Source of the DNA: Chthoniobacterales bacterium
GTDB taxonomy: Bacteria; Verrucomicrobiota; Verrucomicrobiia; Chthoniobacterales; UBA10450
Reading direction: 5' to 3'
Length of the DNA: 64,000 nucleotides
NCBI GenBank assembly: GCA_003244145.1
Contig: QHBM01000075.1
Location: 1,308-65,307 of the forward strand
The notes under the pieces are model-generated. The model saw nothing but the letters and a program-made list of their open reading frames with translations. It was not told where the DNA came from and searched no databases. Shown piece by piece: positions 43,590-54,800 of the stretch; the stretch's first letter is position 1, and each line of letters begins with the position of its first letter. Both the position numbers and the translations under genes were made by a program.

Positions 43590-43649
43590 TCGAGTCCATT
43601 GCCGCTTTTAGAACGAGCCACTTCCCCTCTTTAGGCCAGTCCACTTTCA
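43590..43649 (-). promoter_or_regulatory. conserved 60-nt leader upstream of paralog B
   Basis: See 42807..42866. Confidence 0.55.
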
Positions 43650-43671
43650 ACAAGCAGAACCCAACGACCGA

Positions 43672-44901
43672 CTATTGCTCGGCCAGGTAAGGCAGCGGCA
43701 TAATCCCGTCGGTCCGCGCGTCGTTCAAGTCGATCCATTGATAGTTCGGGTCGGCCTCTTTGAATTTCTCTTTATTCTTTTGCAGATCCTGGGTCCCAAC
43801 CTGGATCGCTTTGGCAAAGGTCTTCCACTCCCGGCTGTTTCGCGCTTTGTCGTCCAGTTTCTCTCTTAACGTTGCCAGCGCCGCAGGTTCGTCGGTCTCC
43901 TTCTTGTCGGCCACGTCCGCGATGCCGAGGACGGTGGTCTCGAGCCCGACGAACTCAGACTTACCGCCGCCCAGATAGAAGCCGACATACATGTGCCCGG
44001 GCACCGTAACCAGGAACGGCTCGATCGAAATTTTGCGCAGGATGGATGCGAACAGGACGCTGCCATCAACGCAATTGGCCTGCGTGTTAGTGAGCGCCTG
44101 GTCGAGAAAACGGACGTACTGGCTTTTCACAACATCCGAACCGCCGGGAGTAGTGGTAGTGGAGCTATATTGGAGGCCGCGTTTCTGGAGCGCGGTCCAG
44201 ATCGCAAAGGCCTGCCGGACCAGCTCGGTGGGATCGTGCGCGGTATAGTGGAAGGAATCGACGATCTTGGTCGCGAGCGCTTCCTGGAGGATCTTGTCGA
44301 GAAACGGATGGTTCTCGTTCACGTAGGCGGCGAACATCCAGCCCAGAGCGGCTGAGCCGGCGATGAAATTTTGGGCGTCGAGGGTTTCTTCCTCATTCGA
44401 GACAGCGAAGGGACAATCGTTGATCGAACGGACCTGGAGCGTCTCGGCTTTTTCGCCCGCCGGTTCCCCATCGACCTCGACCGCGAAGGTGACATTCAAC
44501 GGAACCTGCTGCGTCGTTTTGCGCAGCCGATCGAATTTGTAATTCACTTTGGGCGCGATGTAATAATCCTTGTCGGCCTCGGCCAATTCGCCGCTCCAGG
44601 TGGTCGCGGCCATGAGCTCATTTTCTTTCAAGGTGACTTTCACTTTCGTGTTCGCCGCGAGAGGTTTGATGGCAACGCCGACCAAACCAAAACGGTCGCC
44701 GAGCAAATAGGGATCGGGTTTTTCGCCTTCGGCGTCATCCGGTTCCACGGGGCGCACGCTGGCGGTCGCAATCAGGAGCGAGGGAAAGAGCTGATGGTCC
44801 ATGTTCGCCTCCGGCGTCCATTCCGCTTCGTCGCCGCGGCCGAGGGAAGCGAGCGCCACGAGGGCGAGGCCCGCGACGAACAAGGAGCGAAGCGACTTCA
44901 T
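43672..44901 (-). CDS. secreted protein with a possible transglutaminase-like Cys-His core
   Basis: Signal peptide MKSLRSLFVAGLALVALASLG. The segment ANCVDGSVLFASILRKISIEPFLVTVPGHMYVGF resembles transglutaminase-like cysteine peptidase cores. Weak assignment. Confidence 0.4.
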   Translation of the reverse strand: MKSLRSLFVAGLALVALASLGRGDEAEWTPEANMDHQLFPSLLIATASVRPVEPDDAEGEKPDPYLLGDRFGLVGVAIKPLAANTKVKVTLKENELMAATTWSGELAEADKDYYIAPKVNYKFDRLRKTTQQVPLNVTFAVEVDGEPAGEKAETLQVRSINDCPFAVSNEEETLDAQNFIAGSAALGWMFAAYVNENHPFLDKILQEALATKIVDSFHYTAHDPTELVRQAFAIWTALQKRGLQYSSTTTTPGGSDVVKSQYVRFLDQALTNTQANCVDGSVLFASILRKISIEPFLVTVPGHMYVGFYLGGGKSEFVGLETTVLGIADVADKKETDEPAALATLREKLDDKARNSREWKTFAKAIQVGTQDLQKNKEKFKEADPNYQWIDLNDARTDGIMPLPYLAEQ

Positions 44902-44992
44902 GGCCTCATCGTTTTCGCGCGGCTTGCACAAAACACAAGTGGTTAAAGAACCGGACTTGATCTTCGTCGCGGTTTCCTTCAGAACGGTCGCG

Positions 44993-46204
44993 ATGCAACT
45001 CTATGTCGGCAAGAATGGACAACAGCTCGGACCCTTTCCAATTGAAGAAGTCAATCGCAAGCTGGCGGACGGCTCGTTCTCCGGAACCGACCTCGCCTGG
45101 TATGAAGGCGCGGCCGGATGGGCGCCGCTCTCGACCATCCCGGGAATAACTCTTCCGGCGGCGCCGAGCGCGCCGGTGCCCACGCCAACCTCAACGCCGA
45201 CGCCGGCTCCGGCCCCCGCGCCTGCACCCGTTCCCAAACCTGTTGCGCCAGCAGCGGCACCAGTGCAATCGACTGCGCCGATCGCCCGCACGCCGGTTGC
45301 GCCGGGCGGTTACAAAACGCTTTCGACCGTGAGTTGGGTGTTGCTGGGCGTGACGCTAGTCGTTTCGTTTATCCCGTTCCTGGGTTGCGGCGCGTGGGCC
45401 TTGGGGTGGCCGGTCGCGATCGCTGCCATCATTATGGGCATCATCGTGATCACACGCGGAGGGACGGGACACGGAATCATGATTATCCTGGGTGGTGTCC
45501 TGATTATACCGCTCGCCTTTCTGGCCCAGTTCGCATCGCTTGCGGTCGTCGGCAGTTTCGCGAACAAGGAGGATCGAAAAAACGAAACGCAGATCATGGA
45601 GAATTTGCGCACAGTCGACGGCGCCAAGGGCAAATGGGCCAGCGCCACCAACGCCAGGGACGCGGCCCCGGTGACGATGGCCAGCCTAACGAGTTATCTT
45701 AATGGCAAGGAAGTGAAACCCGTCGTCGGCGAGCAATACGATCCGATGCCGGTGGGCCAGGCCCCGACGGCCACGTTACCGGCGACGACGAAATCTCTCG
45801 GCAATTTCAAAGGGGGCGACGTCTTGACGGTGGCATTACTGGAAGCGGATTTGGCCAAACCGAGTTTCATGTCCAAGGACTTTTGGAAGAGCACGCCGAG
45901 CCCGACGGCCACCGCGAAGGCTTCGCCTGCTGCAACCACCGGCGCCAGGCCGACGAGCTCTCCAAGGCCAACGATATCCCCGAGGCCCAGCATTTCTCCG
46001 GAGCCAAGCGAGACACCTTCGGAGCGCCCCTTTTCTTCCACGCGTCCTTCACCATCGGCGAAGTTTGCGCCTGATGGACCGAAACCCAGGAGATCTCCCG
46101 CGGAAACCCCCTCCTCTTCCGCGCCCGAATCGTCCGGGTTAAAGCAAGGCCGGGAGTTCCCGCGGGAATCGCCCTCGCCCAGTCCGGACGACGAGGACAA
46201 TTAA
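44993..46204 (+). CDS. GYF_2 (DUF4339) domain membrane protein with Pro-rich linker and S/P-rich tail
   Basis: MQLYVGKNGQQLGPFPIEEVNRKLADGSFSGTDLAWYEGAAGWAPLSTIP, then PAPAPAPVP, three TM helices and a low-complexity C-terminus. Confidence 0.7.
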   Translation: MQLYVGKNGQQLGPFPIEEVNRKLADGSFSGTDLAWYEGAAGWAPLSTIPGITLPAAPSAPVPTPTSTPTPAPAPAPAPVPKPVAPAAAPVQSTAPIARTPVAPGGYKTLSTVSWVLLGVTLVVSFIPFLGCGAWALGWPVAIAAIIMGIIVITRGGTGHGIMIILGGVLIIPLAFLAQFASLAVVGSFANKEDRKNETQIMENLRTVDGAKGKWASATNARDAAPVTMASLTSYLNGKEVKPVVGEQYDPMPVGQAPTATLPATTKSLGNFKGGDVLTVALLEADLAKPSFMSKDFWKSTPSPTATAKASPAATTGARPTSSPRPTISPRPSISPEPSETPSERPFSSTRPSPSAKFAPDGPKPRRSPAETPSSSAPESSGLKQGREFPRESPSPSPDDEDN

Positions 46205-46362
46205 TTGGATCGCCGATCCGGGTCGGAGCGCGCGGCATTTAGTCAGGCTGGCGGGATCATCGATCCCTGCTCCAGCGTTGGAATGAACCCTGCTAAGCAT
46301 TACGGAGGAATGTTTTGTCACTGTCACCCCACGTACCCTAGCCTCCGCCCTCCTTGCTTTCC

Positions 46363-48360
<1,998 letters not shown>

Positions 48361-48431
48361 CGGGTTTACCTGGCCACGCCTTCGCAGTTGTAGGGCGTTT
48401 CTGTGAAACGCCGTCGCTTTCCTGTCTGGGC

Positions 48432-48458
48432 GGCGTCTGTACAGACGCCCTAATTTTT
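48432..48458 (+). terminator. intrinsic terminator after the kinase gene
   Basis: Palindrome ggcgtctgt/acagacgcc followed by ctaattttt. A second hairpin ggcgtttc-tgt-gaaacgcc lies at 48394..48412. Confidence 0.6.
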
Positions 48459-48828
48459 CCCGGGCACGAGCCGCGACCGCGCAGCTTAATAACTTTTTTT
48501 ACGTGCGGCCAAAATAATCTTGACGCGAATCTCCATACTTACATACAAACGTCGCAGATTACGTCATCCGACGCTTCAACGCATCTTCGGCCGGGATGAG
48601 AATGGCGGGGCCGAACCTTCGGTAGGAAGGTCGCTTAACGCGATCTCATTTTCGAAGGGAGTCTCGAGTCGGCCTCATAATTGACGTGGCATCTGGAGCG
48701 AGGGTGAGGTTGGTTCAGGTTCCAAGCGGAACTGAAGCAGTAAACCAACCGCCGCCACCAACAAGGAAATGCGAATGAAATCATTCCGGCCTGCCAGTGA
48801 CCATGAGCGTTTGAAAAGACGATCGCTG

Positions 48829-51800
48829 ATGAAGAAACTTGTCCTGTCCATAATTGCGGCTGGCATTTCGGGCGTCAGCATTTGCGTAGCCCAAGCACAA
48901 ACACCGACCTGCACACCACCGCCAGCGGGCATGGTCGGCTGGTGGCCGGGAGATGGCAGTGCCGATGATATTCTGAACCACAACAATGGCGCGTCGTCTG
49001 GAAACGTGACCTTCGTGGCTGGCGAAGTTGGACAGGCTTTCAACTTTGATGGTTCCAGCTTTGAGACTATTGGAACTCCAGCCGTTCTTAATATAACGGG
49101 TAATCAGATCACCTTGGATGCCTGGGTCAACCCGAACAACACTAAGGACGGTGTTTATTTTGGCAAAGCGAACTCTGGCCAAAACGACTACGCATTGTTC
49201 CTCCTAGGCGACTTGACCGGCTGCATAAAAACGGCTGATGGCGTTGAGTATTTTCTCCACACAGGCTTTGTGCCCCCTGCCGGACAGTGGACCCATATTG
49301 CAATGACTTACGACGGCACAAACGAAATCGTATACGCAAATGGCGCGGTCGTTGGCACCCTGGCCGTTGCGAGTCAGCCTAGCTATACGCCGCCCGGCAA
49401 CATAATAAGCGAAGGCATTCCCTTTTTCATTGGCGGCAGGAACGGGGACTCTCCGGCCAATACTCTTTATATCAATGCCAAGATTGATGAAGTAGAAGTT
49501 TTTAACACGGCTCTCTCCCAGCCCGATATACAAGCCATCTACGATGCCCGTAGCGCCGGTAAGTGTCGGTCCTGCACGCCGCCGCCGCCAGACATGGTGA
49601 GCTGGTGGCCGGGCGATGGCAATACCACCGATATTCAAAGCGGCAACAACGGCACGCTGCAAGGTGGCGCGACGTTTGCCACCGGTGAGGTGGGCCAGGC
49701 CTTTAGTTTGAACGGAACAAATCAATACGTCGAGATTCCCGATAGCGCGAATGTCAGCATCACCGGTCCGATGACGATCGACGCCTGGATAAACACCAAT
49801 GACAATGCGAACGAGCACGCGATTGTTGAAAAGTATGACGGCGGTGGGACGAACGGTTATTTCTTCAGGCTAAATTCCGGCGGCCATCTCGGGGCGGGCA
49901 TGTGCAACGCTTCGACTTGTAGCGCTGTCGTCGGAGCCACGCAGGTTACAACTGGGACTTTCCACCATGTTGCCGCTGTCTTTGACGGAACGAACCTTCG
50001 GGTCTATCTCGATGGCGTTCTGGATGGCACGGCCTCGAGTGTTTCGCCCACGGACGGCGTCAATCCGCTTGAGATTGGCGCGCGCGGCGGCAGCCCCTTC
50101 AATTTTTTTACCGGGCTGATTGATGAAGTAGAAGTGTTTAGCCGCGCGCTGACTGCCGACGAGGTCCAGTTCATCTACGACGCTGGCAGCAAGGGCAAGT
50201 GCAAGCCGGTGTGCGTAACGCCGCCGCCCGGTTTGATCGCTTGGTGGCCGGGCGATAACACTGCAACAGACATCCAAGGTAACAACAACGGCACGCTCCA
50301 AAACGGCGCGACGTTTGCCAACGGCATAGTGGGCCGGGCCTTCAGCTTTGATGGAGTTGACGACTACGTCGATGTTGGTGACGTCGATTTGCCCGGCACG
50401 TTTACGATCGACGCCTGGATCAATCCGTCGAGCCTCGGCAACAAAATCATCATTTCCAAAGACGACCTGAATGCTTCCCGCAGCTACTTTTTCGGTTTGG
50501 AGACTGGGACGTTGTCGGCGTTTGTTCACAGCAGCGGAGGGCAATACACCTATTACCGGACCGACTCGATTATTACGGCGAACAACTGGCAGCACGTCGT
50601 CGTCACGTATGACGGTAGCGCCGGCGCGGGCGTAAAAATGACGTTCTATGTCAACGGCGTCAATGTACCCATATTGCAAGTCGTCGATGATGGTGGTGGG
50701 ACGCCAGAGAATAACGCGTTCTCGACAAGGATCGGAATCTTTGGAGACGGAACCGGGGCCTTCAGTGGCCTCATTGACGAAGTAGAAGTCTTCACCCGCG
50801 TCCTTGCTCCGACGGAAATCGCGAACATCTACAACGCCAGGAGCGCGGGCAAGTGTAAGACCGTGCGCTTTTATGTTTCGAACAGCTCGGTCAGCGGTAG
50901 CGGCACGATCGAGGAATTCGATGCCAACGGGGCGGACCTGGGAACGTTTGCGGATGCAAGCTCCGGGTTAATCTTTCCAAGCGGGCTTGCCTTTGATGCG
51001 AGTGGCAACCTTTTTGTCGGCGATTTCGGAGCTAATAACATTCGGAAGTTCGATTCGCACGGCAGCGCCACCGTATTCGCAAATTCCAGCACTGGTTTGA
51101 GCGGCCCGGTTGGTCTTGCGTTCGATAGCTCGGGTAACATTTACGTCGCTGATGTGAATGTTAATAAAATCTTCAAGTTTTTGCCTGATGGCAGTGGCAG
51201 CGGGACGACAAGTTCGAATTTAAGCGGGCCAGGCGATATTGCTATTGGGCCGGATGGCCTTCTTTACGTTGCCAATGAAAGTAATAATACCGTTCAGAAG
51301 TTCGATTCCGCCTTGACGTATCAGGGCCAATTCCCATCCACAGGACTGCAATCTCCGACCGGGCTGCGCTTTGATTCATCAGGTCAGTTGTACGTCTCGA
51401 ATTTTGTCGGCGACACGATCAAGAAATTTGATTCCGCGGGCAATAGTCTTGGCAACTTCGCAAATCTAAACGATGGCAGCGGTTTCTATGGTCTAACGTT
51501 CGATCCTGATGGCAATCTGTACGTCGTCGTATCGGCGTCGAAGAACATCATCTACAAGTTCGATCCGAACGCCAACACAACCACATTTGCGAGCGCTCCA
51601 AGCGCCAATCTAAATCAACCCGAGCACATCGCGGTGCGGGAGCTGTCTCCCACGGCATCTACGCTCCAATTTACCACGCCGACTTACAGCGTGAGCGAAA
51701 CCGCCGGTCAGGTATCAATTACCGTCACTCGAGCGGGCGATCTGTCCGTCGCGGCAAGTGTTCACTACGCCACCAGTGACGGTACGAGTACAGCAGGCTT

Positions 51801-54800
51801 GGATTATACTTCCACATCGGGCGATTTGTCCTTCGCTCCGGGCGATAGTAGCAAAACCATTCAGGTACCCATTTTGGATGATAATGTGCACGGACCTAAC
51901 GGAACGTTTATTGTTACGTTGAGCTCTCCCTCGTTCGCCATTCTGGATCTTGCCACCACCACCGTCACTATTCAGGAAGTCACTGACAATGACGGAGTCA
52001 CGAACACAAACGATAATGGCCCTGGCAGTTTGCGTCAGGCGATCGCCGATGCGCTGGCCGGGGACACAATCAATTTCAACCTCGGAGCCGGTCCGCATAC
52101 GATCACACTCACGACTGGCGAGTTGCTCATCGACAAGAACGTAACGATCAATGGGAGCGGCGCGGACGTGCTGACCGTGAGCGGCACTAATAGCTTTCGC
52201 ATATTTCACATTATTTCTGGCCCTACCGTCACCATCTCCGGACTAACCATCACCAATGGCAGCGCCATCGACGCATCTCCTGCTGATTCCGGCGGCGGCA
52301 TCTACAACGACCATTCGACGTTGACGGTCACTAACTGCACGTTGAGCGGCAACACGGCCAACACCGACGGCGGCGGTATCTTCAGCGACGGCTCTAATGG
52401 CAGCGCTACCCTTACGATTGCCAACAGCACCCTCACCTTTAACTCCGCCAATTATGGCGGCGGCATCTACAACAAAAAAGGGTTCGGAGGGAGTGCAACG
52501 CTTACGATTCGCAACAGCACTCTTAGCGATAACGCGGCTGGCGGAGGCTACGGCGGCGGCATCTACAACGATGGTGCTTTTTCCGGCGGCGCGGCGGTGC
52601 TGACGATCGCCAACAGCACGTTCAGCGGCAACTCTGCCACCTCCGGCGCCGGCGGCATCTTCAGCGACGCTTCTAACAGTGGTAGTGCGCAATTGGTGAT
52701 TACGAACTCCACCTTCAGCCAGAATTCCGCCAGCCAGGGCGGTGGAATCTACAGCATTAGCACGGGTGCGACACTACAAATTGGCAACACGATTCTCAAT
52801 GCTGGCAGTTCGGGCGAAAACATCCTTGGCGATCCGGGCACCGTCACCTCCCAGGGTTATAACCTGAGCAGCGACAACGGAAGCGGTTTCCTCACCGCCA
52901 CCGGCGACCAGATCAATACCGATCCAAAGTTAAAGGCATTGGGTAACTATGGCGGGCCAACGCAGACCCACCTGCCGCTACCCGACAGCCCGGCGATCGA
53001 TGCGGCTGCCGATTGGACGACGCTGAATGGCACCATCGATAACGCGCAGCCGACGATTACGGTCACTGACGCCAGCGCAATCTCTGTCGGCGAAACTATC
53101 CGCATTGATAACGAACAGATGGGCGTGACTGCCAAGTCTGGCAATACACTGACAGTGACGCGCGGCGCGAACAGCACGACACCGGCCACCCATGCCAGCG
53201 GAGCAGGAGTCAATTCGGCCTTCGATCAGCGCGGCTTGCCTCGCAAGGTTAATGGCACGGTCGATATCGGCGCGGTCGAGACGAATTATGTATTCAGCGC
53301 CACCGCGGGGACGCCGCAGAGCGCCAAGACTAACACCGCTTTTGCTACAGCATTGCAAGCGACCGTGACTGAATCCGGCACTGCGCAGAGCGGCATTTCG
53401 GTTACCTTCACCGCGCCCTCCAGCGGCGCGAGCGGCACATTCCCGGGGGCGAGTAATACCGTCAGTGTCAGCACAAATGGAAGCGGTATCGCGACTGCTC
53501 CAACCTTCACGGCCAATGCCACGACCGGCAACTATACGGTGACCGCTGGGACAGCAAATAATATAGTGTCGCCAGCCAACTTCGCGCTCACCAACGTCCA
53601 GGCGCCCGCCTTCACCAGCGCTAATAGCACGACCTTTACGGTAGGCACCAATGGCTCGTTCAATGTAACCACGAGCGGTTTCCCGACGCCGGCCTTGAGT
53701 AAGACGGGGAGTTTGCCCAGCGGTGTGACCTTCACCGATAATGGCGATGGCACCGCCACCCTAGCCGGCACGCCCGCGGCTGGCAGCGGAGGCAGTTACT
53801 CGTTAACCATCACGGCGAGCAACGGCGTCTCACCCGACGCGATGCAGACCTTTACCCTCACGGTCGATGAGCCGCCTCGGATCAGCAGCGTGAACAACGC
53901 TACATTTAGCGTTGGTGCACTTGGAAGCTTCAACGTCACGACTGATCGCGGGTTCCCGACGCCGGCCTTAAGTACGACAGGAACCCTGCCCAGCGGTGTG
54001 ACCTTTACCGACAACGGCAATGGCACAGCCACGATTGCAGGGACACCAGCGGTTGGTAGCGGAGGCAGTTACCCGCTAACCATCAAGGCGAGCAACGGTA
54101 TTTTACCCGACGCGACCCAAAACTTTACCCTCACGGTCGACGAGCCGCCTCGGATCAGCAGCGTGAACAACGCCACCTTTAGCGTTGGCGCACTTGGAAG
54201 CTTCAACGTCACGACTGATCGCGGTTTCCCGACGCCGGCCTTAAGTAAGACAGGAACCCTGCCCAGCGGTGTGACCTTTACCGACAACGGCAATGGCACA
54301 GCCACGATTGCAGGGACACCAGCGGCTGGTAGCGGAGGCAGTTACCCGCTAACCATCAAGGCGAGCAACGGTATTTTACCCGACGCGATCCAAAACTTTA
54401 CCCTCACGGTCAACGAGCCGCCTCGGATCAGCAGCGTGAACAATGCTACGTTTAGCGTTGGCGAATTCGGAAGCTTCAGTGTCACGACCGATCGCGGATT
54501 CCCGACGCCAGCCTTAAGTAAGACCGGCAATTTGCCCAGTGGCGTGACCTTTACCAACAATGGCAATGGCACAGCCACGATCGCAGGGACACCGGCGGCT
54601 GGCACTGGCGGCACCTACTCGTTAACCATCACCGCGAGTAACGGTGTCTCACCCGACGCGATCCAAAGCTTTACCCTCACGGTCAATGATCAACCCCGGA
54701 TCAGTAGCGCGAATAAGGCCACATTTATCGTTGGCGCACTTGGAAGCTTCAGCGTCACAACTGATCGCGGTTTTCCGACGCCGGCCTTGAGTAAGACGGG

